NCBI GenBank assembly: GCA_965215565.1
Contig: CBDCDZ010000004.1
Coordinates: 3,456,001 to 3,520,000, forward strand
Direction: 5' to 3'
Source: Trueperaceae bacterium
GTDB taxonomy: Bacteria > Deinococcota > Deinococci > Deinococcales > Trueperaceae
DNA length: 64,000 bases
Position numbers and translations under genes: made by a program
Notes under the pieces: generated by a model
The model's input: only the letters and a program-made list of their open reading frames with translations
The model's database searches: none
What the model was told of the DNA's origin: nothing
Shown here: positions 1 through 8,321 of the stretch, one piece after another
Layout of the letters: each line of letters begins with the position of its first letter
How positions within the stretch are numbered: the stretch's first letter is position 1

Positions 1-73
1 AAGGCTATGAGAGTCCCTACTCGCTTCGATGCTCGCACTGGGGGTTACGAGGAGGTTGCCTATGTTCGCTAGC

Positions 74-421
74 ATGAGCCACAACGAACTCGTCGCCCAA
101 GTCGAAGACGTGGTGAGTGACGCCCGCAAGCGCCTCGGTGTAGAGGTAGAGATGCTCGCGGGCAAGCGCGAAACCGACTTGGCTCTACTTATCACTAAAG
201 GTGAGAAGAAGGATGCGATGGCGCTGCCGGTTCACCTGCAGGACTACTTGCCCTACGCCGATATCGAACTCATCGCCTCGCAGGTGCAAGGCGCAGACTA
301 CAAGCTTACCCTAGTCGTCACGCGCAAACTGCGCGAGCAGCCCAGCCAAGAGATGGAGCGCCGCGCTAAGCTGCGTAACTTCAGTAAGCGGGTGTCGTCG
401 CCGAGTTTGCGCAGACGCTAA
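74..421 (+). CDS. hypothetical protein
   Basis: ORF 29..421 (start could be 29, 62 or 74), followed by a terminator; no family recognised. Confidence 0.6.
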   Translation: MSHNELVAQVEDVVSDARKRLGVEVEMLAGKRETDLALLITKGEKKDAMALPVHLQDYLPYADIELIASQVQGADYKLTLVVTRKLREQPSQEMERRAKLRNFSKRVSSPSLRRR

Positions 422-436
422 AATTAACGAAATTTT

Positions 437-460
437 CAAGGGACGCTGAGTCCCTTTTTT
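437..460 (+). terminator. intrinsic terminator
   Basis: AAGGGAC-gctga-GTCCCTT hairpin followed by a T run. Confidence 0.7.
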
Positions 461-534
461 CATTGGCGAGCTTGCTCTAGCTGATAAGCGTCGCTGCCCT
501 CTCAAAGGCCAGTGCGGTGGTGCGTCTATACAAG

Positions 535-645
535 TAGCAGTTCCACAACATATTGAGACAGTTGAGCGCAGATATCATCCCTTGAAGTGCGTGCTAGACA
601 TTGTTTTACAAAGTGCGAGTGTCTCTGACCAGATGATACCTGCTA
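535..645 (+). repeat. family A dispersed ~111-bp element, full copy
   Basis: TAGCAG...CTGCTA ends; internal IR GCAGATATCATC (568-579) / GATGATACCTGC (632-643); aligns by eye with copies at 42327 and 47363. Confidence 0.9.
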
Positions 646-759
646 AAGCATTACCTTAAAAATGAATCCTGAAAACCCTTTGCTCCGAAGAAACGTTAGT
701 TAAAGCATTCACACGCTTGAGTTTGAAAAGCTCACACTTCTTTTTTGCTGTATAAACGG

Positions 760-788
760 TTGCATATTCACGCCTGTTCTGCTACACT
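760..788 (+). promoter_or_regulatory. sigma70-type promoter with extended -10
   Basis: TTGCAT-N17-TACACT, with TG one base before the -10. Confidence 0.7.
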
Positions 789-826
789 TTTAAGTGCCCA
801 TGAAGGGCGGAAAAGGAGGTGCGAAG

Positions 827-958
827 ATGGTTCAGATTCATACCCAAGTCAAGCCTAAAGTTTGCGCGAAGCCGAGCTGCGAAGCGGTTTATCTGAGCGG
901 CTGCATGGCTGGACTTCATAAGGGCTTCGCATCACTAGGGGAGACGTGTTTGAGTTGA
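827..958 (+). CDS. 43-aa Cys-containing small ORF, putative attenuator leader peptide
   Basis: AAGGAGGT SD at 813-820; MVQIHTQVKPKVCAKPSCEAVYLSGCMAGLHKGFASLGETCLS*; below the ORF-track size cutoff. Confidence 0.65.
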   Translation: MVQIHTQVKPKVCAKPSCEAVYLSGCMAGLHKGFASLGETCLS

Positions 959-1008
959 CTAACTCGAGCCGCACCGTTTCCCCGACCTCATCCGTCGGGG
1001 TTTTTTTT
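938..1008 (+). promoter_or_regulatory. overlapping antiterminator (938-983) and intrinsic terminator (980-1008)
   Basis: GGGGAGACG/CGTTTCCCC plus TTTGAGTT/AACTCGAG stem competes for CCCC 980-983 with CCCCGAC/GTCGGGG followed by T8. Confidence 0.7.
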
Positions 1009-1014
1009 GCCCCA

Positions 1015-1095
1015 AGCAGGTTTGTCTGGTCACGAACACCCTCACCGAATGATGCGCAAGCTAACGCGCACATTCAAGGACAATATCTGCGCAAT
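1015..1095 (-). repeat. family A element, degenerate copy
   Basis: AGCAGGTTTGTCTGGTC...ACAATATCTGCGC matches the reverse complement of 535-645. Confidence 0.7.
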
Positions 1096-1125
1096 TCAAA
1101 ACCAGCAATTTCTAAGGAGAACCAG

Positions 1126-1263
1126 ATGTTTACTGATCCAATGCTTCAAATTGCCAAAGACCACGCCCGCGACCTGCGCCGCAAAGCCAGACGCGACGCG
1201 CTAGCCAACTACCCAGACCGCGAAAGACGCCCCCGTATTCTCAGATACTGGGCGAACCGCTAA
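1126..1263 (+). CDS. 45-aa Arg-rich microprotein (paralog 1)
   Basis: AAGGAG SD; MFTDPMLQIAKDHARDLRRKARRD...LRYWANR; shares motifs with the ORFs at 1458 and 2596. Confidence 0.6.
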   Translation: MFTDPMLQIAKDHARDLRRKARRDALANYPDRERRPRILRYWANR

Positions 1264-1278
1264 AACCACACGTTTTGA

Positions 1279-1414
1279 TAGCACTTCCACAACATACTGA
1301 GATAGATGAGCGCAGATCTCTGTCCGTAAGGACTAGCGGGATTTCATCTCAGAATGTGCGTTCTAAACGATGTTCTCTACAGTGGGAGTGTCTCCAACCA
1401 GATGATACCTGCTA
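1279..1414 (+). repeat. family A element carrying a ~25-bp hairpin insertion
   Basis: TAGCAC...GATGATACCTGCTA; extra segment containing GTCC-GTAA-GGAC after GAGCGCAGAT. Confidence 0.85.
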
Positions 1415-1457
1415 CAAGAAGTGGCGCGGCGGCTTCGACTCGGCAAGAGGAGAGCCG

Positions 1458-1646
1458 ATGATTCACTCAGATAAGTTTTTAGAGCGCACCGCCAAAGACC
1501 AAATGTAAGACTTCCAGAAAGAAGCCGCCATAGAGCGCCAGCGCCCTAGCTACCGCCAGCGCTTAGCTGCTCGTTTGATGAAAATTGCGAAGTGGCTCGA
1601 GCCCGAAGCCGAAAGCGCTCCTGCGCCCGAGCTTCTAAGCCGCTGA
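1458..1646 (+). pseudogene. 62-codon microprotein (paralog 2) with in-frame TAA at codon 17
   Basis: AGAGGAG SD; MIHSDKFLERTAKDQM*DFQKEAAIERQRPSYRQRLAARLMKIAKWLEPEAESAPAPELLSR*; similarity to the 2596 ORF lies after the stop. Confidence 0.65.
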
Positions 1647-1745
1647 CCTCAACCTGATATAAAGAGCAAAAATACTAAACGGTTCGCTCAGTCCTCTACA
1701 TAAGAGGCTGGGCTTACGTTTTGGATTTGCTAGCCTGTAAGGTTA

Positions 1746-2429
1746 TTATTTAGGAGAGTCCTTCACAGGTGTAAGTCCCAGCGTGAAATAGTAGCGTTGC
1801 TCCGAGGATGACTCGGGTCTCGAGTATCGCCCCAACAATTCCGACAACTCCCGCTGAAACGCCTTCGCCTCTTCGAACGTGAGCGCGGTGAAGCCGTTCG
1901 TAACCCATACGGCGGGAAAGTCGGGGTCGAGGATGCTCGCGCCCGGTCTTTCCGCTTCGGGTTTGTGAGAGGGCGCGAGGCGGGCGACGCCACTCTCCCC
2001 CTCTTTCGCCAATAAGACGCCCCAACTGTCGGCTCGGTCTAAGAATGTTTGTGCGAGGTTGCGGATAAAGCGCTCCGAAGAGGCGTGCAGCATCTCGCTA
2101 ATGAGCGCTTCTAACGAGGCGTAAGGCGTCACTTCGAAAGGGGCAAAAAACGCCTCGGCGCTCGCCCGGTACACCTTGACGGCTCGCCCCTTGCGCGGCT
2201 CCTCCCGCGCCACTTCGATAAGCCCCAAAGCTAGGAGTTTTTGCACGCGGTAGTGCATCGCGTTGAGCTTGAGCCCAACCTCCGCCGCCGCTTCGCTGAG
2301 CGTTCTCTCGCCGCGTATAAAGGGGTTTAGAAAATGCCGTTCGGCAGGGTCCGCTAAGACCCGCGCCGCTTCGGGGTTTGTCACCACAACCGTTTCATCT
2401 GCGGGCTTGTTCAAAGAGGTGTCTTCCAT
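1746..2429 (-). CDS. ArsR-like winged-HTH transcriptional regulator
   Basis: TLSEAAAEVGLKLNAMHYRVQKLLALGLIEV...GRAVKVY wHTH; C-terminal LTFEEAKAFQRELSELL. Confidence 0.85.
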   Translation of the reverse strand: MEDTSLNKPADETVVVTNPEAARVLADPAERHFLNPFIRGERTLSEAAAEVGLKLNAMHYRVQKLLALGLIEVAREEPRKGRAVKVYRASAEAFFAPFEVTPYASLEALISEMLHASSERFIRNLAQTFLDRADSWGVLLAKEGESGVARLAPSHKPEAERPGASILDPDFPAVWVTNGFTALTFEEAKAFQRELSELLGRYSRPESSSEQRYYFTLGLTPVKDSPK

Positions 2430-2595
2430 TTGAAGTAGCTTACCCCCATGATGAGATTAGGCGAGGAGAGATAAGTGATGGTAAAACAAAATAAAAATAA
2501 ACGTAAACATAGTAGCTTAGTTTTACTAAATATAAAAGTAAACTTGATATTTGACCAACAAGCTTCTAAGATTCACTCAACGGAAGGAGTGCAGT

Positions 2596-2799
2596 ATGTG
2601 GAGGGAAACGAGTTTCGTAATTCGGGAAGGTCAAGATAAGCTCGCTCGCTATCATCAAGAGGTCAGCCGCGCGAAGATGCTGGGTCACACGTCACTGAGA
2701 AGTCGCCTGGCACAGACACTAAGAGGTTGGGCGGAGCGGCTCGAGCCTACTCCCCTCCCTTCTCGAGTAGACAGACAGCCCGCCAAAAGCGCACACTAA
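2596..2799 (+). CDS. 67-aa Arg-rich microprotein (paralog 3), first gene of the ABC operon
   Basis: AAGGAG SD; SLRSRLAQTLRGWAERLEP motif; stop 3 nt before the ABC ATPase start. Confidence 0.75.
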   Translation: MWRETSFVIREGQDKLARYHQEVSRAKMLGHTSLRSRLAQTLRGWAERLEPTPLPSRVDRQPAKSAH

Positions 2800-2802
2800 G
2801 CC

Positions 2803-3801
2803 ATGTCCATCATCCGACTCGAGCACGTCACCAAGCGCTACGGAAAACGCAAGTCGAAAGAGGTCGTTACCGCCGCCGAAGACGTGTCGTTCGAGGTGGC
2901 GAGAGGTGAAATCTTAGGGCTTTTAGGTCCGAACGGGGCAGGGAAAACAACGACGATCAAAACGATTTGCGGACTTCTCAAACCCGACGAGGGGCGCGTC
3001 ACCGTGAACGGCGTGGATAATCAGCGCAAGAGGTTGGAGGCTCTGCGGCATATCAGCGCCGTGCTAGAAGGCAACCGCAACCTCTACTGGCGCTTGAGCG
3101 TGCGGGAGAACTTGGAATACTTCGCGGGCAACCGGGGCGTGTCGCGGCGAAGCGTTAGGGGCAAGATCGATGACCTCTTGGCGCGGTTTCGCTTAGAGGA
3201 CAAAGCGGGCGAGTTAGTCAACAACCTCTCGAGGGGGATGCAGCAAAAACTCGCCATCGCCGTCGCCATGCTCGCCGAGACCGAGGTCATCCTCTTAGAC
3301 GAGCCGACGCTCGGGCTGGACGTAGCGACGGGCTACGAAGTCAGAAGACTGCTCCGCCAAGTCGCGAGTCAAGGACGCACCATCATTGTGAGCACCCACG
3401 ACATGCCCGTGGTGCAAGACCTCTGCGAGCGCACCGTGATTATCAACGCAGGGCGGGTGGTGGTGGACGATAAGGTCGAGAACTTGATGCGACTCTTTGA
3501 AACGAGAGCGTACGTCGTTACGCTGGGCGCACCGCTCAGTTCGGAGCAGCAGCGGCGGCTAGAGCGTGCGTTTCCGGTTCTGAGCTACGACAACGGGGAG
3601 AATAGTGGCGGGGAGAAAGGGACGCTCAAGGTGAGCCTCGAGCACAGCGACGCCATCTACGACCTCATGGAGATTTTGAGACTCGAGCGCACCCCCGTCG
3701 AAGCGATAGACCGCACCGCTGTCAATTTCGAGCGGGTCTTTATGGAACTCGTCAAAGAACCTGAACCGGCGGAAAGCGAAACCGAACATGCTCTGGTTTA
3801 A
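2803..3801 (+). CDS. ABC exporter ATP-binding subunit
   Basis: GPNGAGKTT Walker A, LSRGMQQ signature, LLDEPT Walker B. Confidence 0.95.
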   Translation: MSIIRLEHVTKRYGKRKSKEVVTAAEDVSFEVARGEILGLLGPNGAGKTTTIKTICGLLKPDEGRVTVNGVDNQRKRLEALRHISAVLEGNRNLYWRLSVRENLEYFAGNRGVSRRSVRGKIDDLLARFRLEDKAGELVNNLSRGMQQKLAIAVAMLAETEVILLDEPTLGLDVATGYEVRRLLRQVASQGRTIIVSTHDMPVVQDLCERTVIINAGRVVVDDKVENLMRLFETRAYVVTLGAPLSSEQQRRLERAFPVLSYDNGENSGGEKGTLKVSLEHSDAIYDLMEILRLERTPVEAIDRTAVNFERVFMELVKEPEPAESETEHALV

Positions 3802-4558
3802 CGTCTTAGAGGCGAACGTCCGCAAAGTCGCGATCGAACTGCGGCGCTACTTACCTAATACGCTCAGTTTACTGTTCACTTTCTACGCGGTCTTCTTCGG
3901 TCTTTTCTTGGGCGTTCAGTTCCTCGGCTCGCCCGAAGACGCGGCGCAGGGGACGCCCTACATCATCGTCAACACGGTGCTCTGGTTTTTGGCGCTCATG
4001 GCGATGCAGGGCATCGGCTGGGAGATCGAGCAGGAGGCGACGCGGGGCACCTTAGAGCAGCTCTACATGTCGCCCGTGGGCGCGTGGCGCATCCTCCTGG
4101 CGCGGATGATAGGCACTGTACTCGCTAACGCGCTCGTCATCGCGGTGATGCTCGTGCTCGCGATGCTCACGGCGCAGAGGTGGCTCACCTTTGACCTCTT
4201 GACGCTTTTACCCGTGCTGTTCTTTACAATTTTATGTATGCTCGGCATCGGCTTTATGGTGGCAGGGCTCGCTCTGATGTTCAAACGGATTCAGGCGTTT
4301 TTGCAGATTGCGCAGTTCATCTTTTTGGCGCTCGTGTCGGTGCCGCCCTTTGTGGGCTGGCTCGAGCTTCTCCCCGTCATCAAAGGCTCGGACATGATTC
4401 GCCGCACGATGATCGAGGGAACCTCTCTCCTGCAGTTTTCCTCACTCGACTGGCTCTCGCTCGCACTGAACGCCGCCGTATACTTCGCGCTCGGCGTGCT
4501 GCTCTACCGGCTTGCCGAAAAGCGGGCGATGCGGTTGGGACTTTTGGGGCAGTATTAG
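3788..4558 (+). CDS. ABC-2 type permease
   Basis: about 6 hydrophobic segments, EATRGTLEQLYMSP motif, overlaps the ATPase. Confidence 0.92.
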   Translation: MLWFNVLEANVRKVAIELRRYLPNTLSLLFTFYAVFFGLFLGVQFLGSPEDAAQGTPYIIVNTVLWFLALMAMQGIGWEIEQEATRGTLEQLYMSPVGAWRILLARMIGTVLANALVIAVMLVLAMLTAQRWLTFDLLTLLPVLFFTILCMLGIGFMVAGLALMFKRIQAFLQIAQFIFLALVSVPPFVGWLELLPVIKGSDMIRRTMIEGTSLLQFSSLDWLSLALNAAVYFALGVLLYRLAEKRAMRLGLLGQY

Positions 4559-4562
4559 AAGC

Positions 4563-4668
4563 AGCAATCCAGTCGAGCTGGTACACGCTAGTTCTTGCGA
4601 AGCAAACGAACGGTGAGCAATGAGTAGATGCCTTTTACTTTCAACTCATTGCTCGTTGCTCATTGCTA
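4563..4668. repeat. family B heptamer-repeat palindrome with 46-bp insert (4569-4614)
   Basis: GAGCAAT / CTCATTG heptamer arms; insert nearly identical to 17336-17381. Confidence 0.9.
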
Positions 4669-4724
4669 TCTTCACGTTTCACCCGACTTCCCCAGCTCGC
4701 CTCGCGTAACGTATACTGCCCTTA

Positions 4725-5120
4725 GTGAGTGATGACAGTAACCAACCCAAAACGTACACCGACAGAGAAATTCTCCTAGAGTTCTTCCCTGCGACAGACG
4801 AACACCTTTTGCCTGCGTCGGGGGCGTATAGGCTCGAGCACGGCGACGGACATATCCTCCTTCGCGACGAGAAAAAGGACCGCGCCGCTGTTTTAATTCC
4901 TATATCACAAGCGGGCAACGCCTCCACGCAAGTTTGCTGTGATCTCTGCGCGAGGAGTGCGCCGCGCCACTTCTTGCAAATGTTTCGCGCCGAGCTGCCC
5001 GGCTCGAAGGGGCGGCGCTACCGCTACGTCTCGCTCTGCAAAGACACGGAGGGCTGCAACGTGCGGCGCATGGGGGATGCGTCGTTTGAGGCGCTGCTCG
5101 AGCGGGTGCTAGGGCGCTAA
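4725..5120 (+). CDS. FBP/FusB-type C-terminal treble-clef zinc-finger domain protein
   Basis: CCDLC...YVSLC...C pattern; leaderless TATACT 7 nt upstream. Confidence 0.65.
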   Translation: MSDDSNQPKTYTDREILLEFFPATDEHLLPASGAYRLEHGDGHILLRDEKKDRAAVLIPISQAGNASTQVCCDLCARSAPRHFLQMFRAELPGSKGRRYRYVSLCKDTEGCNVRRMGDASFEALLERVLGR

Positions 5121-5131
5121 GCCTCACTCTA

Positions 5132-5155
5132 AACAAGGGGTTGCAACCCCTTGTT
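5132..5155. repeat. perfect 24-bp palindrome (REP-like; same as the core hairpin of family C)
   Basis: AACAAGGGGTTGCAACCCCTTGTT; related hairpins near 27310 and 29685. Confidence 0.8.
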
Positions 5156-5184
5156 CATGTCAGATGCCGTATTAGACTGTCCCT

Positions 5185-5946
5185 ATGAAGTTTCAAGGTA
5201 AATGCGCCATCGTGACAGGTGGCGCTCAGGGTATCGGAAGAGCGACGGCCAAGCACCTCTTAGAGCAAGGGGCAAAAGTCGTCATAGCGGATACGGACGC
5301 CGAAGCGGGACAAGAGATTGTTGAGGCGTATTTAGACGTAGGCGAGATTCACTTTACGCAAGTGGACGTCTCGAGCGAAACCTCCGTGGAGTCCTTGATC
5401 TCTGAGACGGCCGAGCGCTTAGGTGGTCTCGACTACCTCGTCAACAATGCCGGAACGATGATTCGCAAACCCGTAACAGACCTCAGTTTAGACGAGTGGA
5501 ACGAGGTTTTGGGGGTCAACCTTACGGGCATGTTTCTCTGCGCGAAGTACGCCGCGCCGCATCTCAAGAGGTCTCGGGGGGCGGTGGTGAACGTCGCCTC
5601 GAGCCGCGCGGTCATGTCCGAGCCCGACACCGAATCCTACGCCGCTTCAAAAGGGGGCGTCGTCGCGTTGACGCACGCGCTCAGCGTCAGCTTGGGACCA
5701 GAGGTGCGCGTGAACGCTGTGAGCCCCGGCTGGATTTCGGTAAGTGAGTGGCAGAAAGAGGCGGAGCGTGAAGCCGCCTCACTTCGTCCGGTAGACCACG
5801 AGCAGCATCCGGTGGGGCGCGTCGGCAAGCCTGAAGATGTCGCAAAGCTGATCGGCTATTTGCTCTCTGACGAAAGCGGCTTTATCACCGGGCAGAACTT
5901 CGTTGTAGACGGCGGCATGACGCGCAAGATGATCTATGTAGAGTAG
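5185..5946 (+). CDS. SDR family oxidoreductase
   Basis: TGGAQGIG, NNAG and YAASK motifs. Confidence 0.95.
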   Translation: MKFQGKCAIVTGGAQGIGRATAKHLLEQGAKVVIADTDAEAGQEIVEAYLDVGEIHFTQVDVSSETSVESLISETAERLGGLDYLVNNAGTMIRKPVTDLSLDEWNEVLGVNLTGMFLCAKYAAPHLKRSRGAVVNVASSRAVMSEPDTESYAASKGGVVALTHALSVSLGPEVRVNAVSPGWISVSEWQKEAEREAASLRPVDHEQHPVGRVGKPEDVAKLIGYLLSDESGFITGQNFVVDGGMTRKMIYVE

Positions 5947-5967
5947 ATTCCGGGCACTTGCACCTCT

Positions 5968-7008
5968 TTACCCCACCAACTGCATCACTACCGCCAAATC
6001 ATCGAACACCATGTAGTGCTCTTTCACCTTGTCATCCACAATGTACACGTGGCTTATCCCCAAAATGTTGACGCGCTTGTCCGTGGGCTTGCCGTACCAG
6101 CCGTAGCGGGCGTGCGTGCCCGAGAAGCGCCAACGCACGGCGGCGCGGTAGCCGCCCTCTTCACTCTCTAAGCCGTACACGTGCTCCACGTTCATGTGCG
6201 CGTCGGGGAACATGGCCATAAAGTTCAGGTGATACGCCCGGATGTTAGCGACGCCGCGCAGGGTGAGGTGATGCGGGACGTGGAGGCTCGAGTCCTCCGC
6301 GTACTTCTCTGTTATCCGGTTGAAGTGCCTCGAGTTCCACGCGTCGTGAAAGAGCTGCCTGATAAATTCCTCGTGTGGGTCTCCGCTCTGCGGTTGATAC
6401 GCCGCAGGTGGGTACTGCCCTTGCAAGCGGTCCGTTTCGCCGGTCACGCTCACGGACCAGAGCGCCGCCGCATCCTTCGCCACCTCCCAGATGTCGAAGC
6501 CGAGCTGCCGCACCATCGCGGCGGTGTCGCGCACGAGCCACTCCTCGACGACGAGGTTCTCTCTGACGAAGCAGTTGGCGATGGCTAAGAACTCGGCGCG
6601 CCGCCCCGTCGGGGGTCCCCATGGACTGTAGCCCGTGTTCGTCCCGGTACTCACCAAGAGGTGCGAGGTGTGAAAGCCGCGCTCGTCGTCGCCTGTCCAG
6701 AGAACATCTTTGGCATATAGACGGCGGTTAGGGAGGGCGGCGGCAGAGGCGATGGAGCCGCTCACCACCTCTTCGACGCCGTAGGCGGTGCCGTAGCCCG
6801 TATGCACCATGACAGTACCCAAATAGGTGTCGTAGATGTGCCCTATGTCGCCCTCTTCCCAGATGCGGTGGGTGATGCGCAAGATGTAGTCCACGATGTC
6901 TTCGTACTGCGGGTCGAAGCCGCGCATGGCGTGTTCAGTTTGCTTATTTTGGCGGCGCACGTGGGTTAAGTTTTGCTCGAGTGAAGGCGTGTCCAAGTCT
7001 GAGTCCAT
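5968..7008 (-). CDS. tandem SnoaL-like/ester cyclase domain protein
   Basis: two NTF2-like repeats (WGPPTGRR..EEW; YGKPTDKRV..GISH..EH). Confidence 0.8.
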   Translation of the reverse strand: MDSDLDTPSLEQNLTHVRRQNKQTEHAMRGFDPQYEDIVDYILRITHRIWEEGDIGHIYDTYLGTVMVHTGYGTAYGVEEVVSGSIASAAALPNRRLYAKDVLWTGDDERGFHTSHLLVSTGTNTGYSPWGPPTGRRAEFLAIANCFVRENLVVEEWLVRDTAAMVRQLGFDIWEVAKDAAALWSVSVTGETDRLQGQYPPAAYQPQSGDPHEEFIRQLFHDAWNSRHFNRITEKYAEDSSLHVPHHLTLRGVANIRAYHLNFMAMFPDAHMNVEHVYGLESEEGGYRAAVRWRFSGTHARYGWYGKPTDKRVNILGISHVYIVDDKVKEHYMVFDDLAVVMQLVG

Positions 7009-7153
7009 CGTGTCTCCAAATCGTAAGTGTTTACTACGGTCTTTAATGAGTGTATCAGCCTCGAGACGGGGGCGCAGTTTGACCCAAGTTTGGTGAAGTT
7101 TCGCCGTGATATTGGGACATCTCCGAGTGGACGCGGCAAACCGTAGGGCCCAC

Positions 7154-7900
7154 CTAGGCTTTGCGAACTTCGAATACGCCGTTCGCGCTGCCCTCTTCGA
7201 AAGATTCCAACTCCCAATTCTTATAGAGGTTTACAATTTCAAAACCGCTCTTTCGGACGAGAGCGAGGAGTTTCTCGAGCGGGGTGAACTTGAGGTTGAT
7301 GCTCGAGTGCCTGAGCTGTCCATCCGAATACTTACGCCTCATCTCGTAGTAAAGGATGCCCTTTTCAGCGTCATAGCGTGTTTGCTTGTCGAAAAAACGC
7401 ACGTCGCGTCCGTCAGGAAGGGTGTACGTGCTCCAGAGCTGAAAGTCGTCATCTATAGAGAGGTCATAACCTTCGGGCAAGCGCGTGTCGAAGACGAGGA
7501 GCCCACCCTCGTTGAGATGGGTGTGGATGTTGCTTAGTAGTAACAGAACTTCTTCGTCGCCCAAAAAGCCTTGAAAAGCGTTGCCCGTCATCACGGCTAA
7601 AGCGAAGCGCGTATCCAACGCGAACTCGAGCGCGTTCGTAAGCCTAAACGAGAGGGTGTCTTTCCCCGCACCTTTTTCTTCCGCTCGCGCTAACATCGCC
7701 CCTGTAATGTCGATGCCGACGGTCTCTAAACCTGTCTCCGCCAAAGGAACTGTGACGATGCCCGTGCCGCAGCACACATCCAGAATCGCGCCGTTTTGCT
7801 GCAAGGCCAACCTCTTCAAGTACGCGGTTTCGCCTTCGTATTGGTTGCCATACTGCGCGTCGTAGTCCACGCCCGAAAAGAACTCGCTCAAGTCTTGCAC
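7154..7900 (-). CDS. class I SAM-dependent methyltransferase
   Basis: ILDVCCGTG motif I; GGLLVFD. Confidence 0.92.
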   Translation of the reverse strand: MQDLSEFFSGVDYDAQYGNQYEGETAYLKRLALQQNGAILDVCCGTGIVTVPLAETGLETVGIDITGAMLARAEEKGAGKDTLSFRLTNALEFALDTRFALAVMTGNAFQGFLGDEEVLLLLSNIHTHLNEGGLLVFDTRLPEGYDLSIDDDFQLWSTYTLPDGRDVRFFDKQTRYDAEKGILYYEMRRKYSDGQLRHSSINLKFTPLEKLLALVRKSGFEIVNLYKNWELESFEEGSANGVFEVRKA

Positions 7901-7928
7901 GCTTTTAGTTGTAACATTTGGTAGGTGA

Positions 7929-8321
7929 TCAGGGGAGCAGCTCGAGCGGTTTTCTCGTCCTCACAACGTTGAAATGTCTGCGGTCTGTTGTAGCGACTCG
8001 CCCGACATGCTCCGCTAAAGCGATGACAGAAGCGTCAGCGAAACCGAGTGGTAAGTCAGCGTATTGGCGCGTGAGTTCTTGGATGCGGGGCAGGTCGCTT
8101 TCACGCCACTCGAGGCGGAACTTCTCGCTTTGACAGTCGTCCAAGAATGCCGCCATCGGATACTGACCTAAACGGCTTTCGACCATGTACGCCAGTTCGC
8201 TGAGTATCGCGACAGGAACGATGATGACTGGTTCGCTGAGAAAAACTTCGTTGACGACCTTGTAATTCTGGTCCTTCTTATTGAGAAAAGCGAGAATTGC
8301 CGAGGTGTCAGCGACGATCAA
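7929..8321 (-). CDS. vapC: VapC-like PIN domain toxin
   Basis: IVADTSAI, ILSE, LGFADASVIA and TTDRRHF catalytic motifs. Confidence 0.92.
   Translation of the reverse strand: MIVADTSAILAFLNKKDQNYKVVNEVFLSEPVIIVPVAILSELAYMVESRLGQYPMAAFLDDCQSEKFRLEWRESDLPRIQELTRQYADLPLGFADASVIALAEHVGRVATTDRRHFNVVRTRKPLELLP

Noticed and set aside
827..958. Cys-rich peptide as a RiPP precursor exported by the ABC-2 system
   Set aside because: No modifying enzyme (radical SAM, LanB/C/M, YcaO) or peptidase-containing transporter nearby; the attenuator geometry explains it better
946..1125. N-terminal 60 aa of ORF 946..1263 (and similarly 1275..1457, 14809..14955, 53026..53052)
   Set aside because: These extensions run through terminators or family A repeats; downstream starts have proper SD sequences
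535..1414. Three family A copies interleaved with small ORFs as a CRISPR array or integron cassette array
   Set aside because: Repeats are ~111 bp, in mixed orientation and dispersed across the window; no GTTRRRY/RYYYAAC attC cores and no cas or intI gene
7040..7146. Short frame reading ETGAQFDPSLVKF, like the end of an HD-GYP domain
   Set aside because: Too short, no start codon or remainder of the gene; may be a relic or chance
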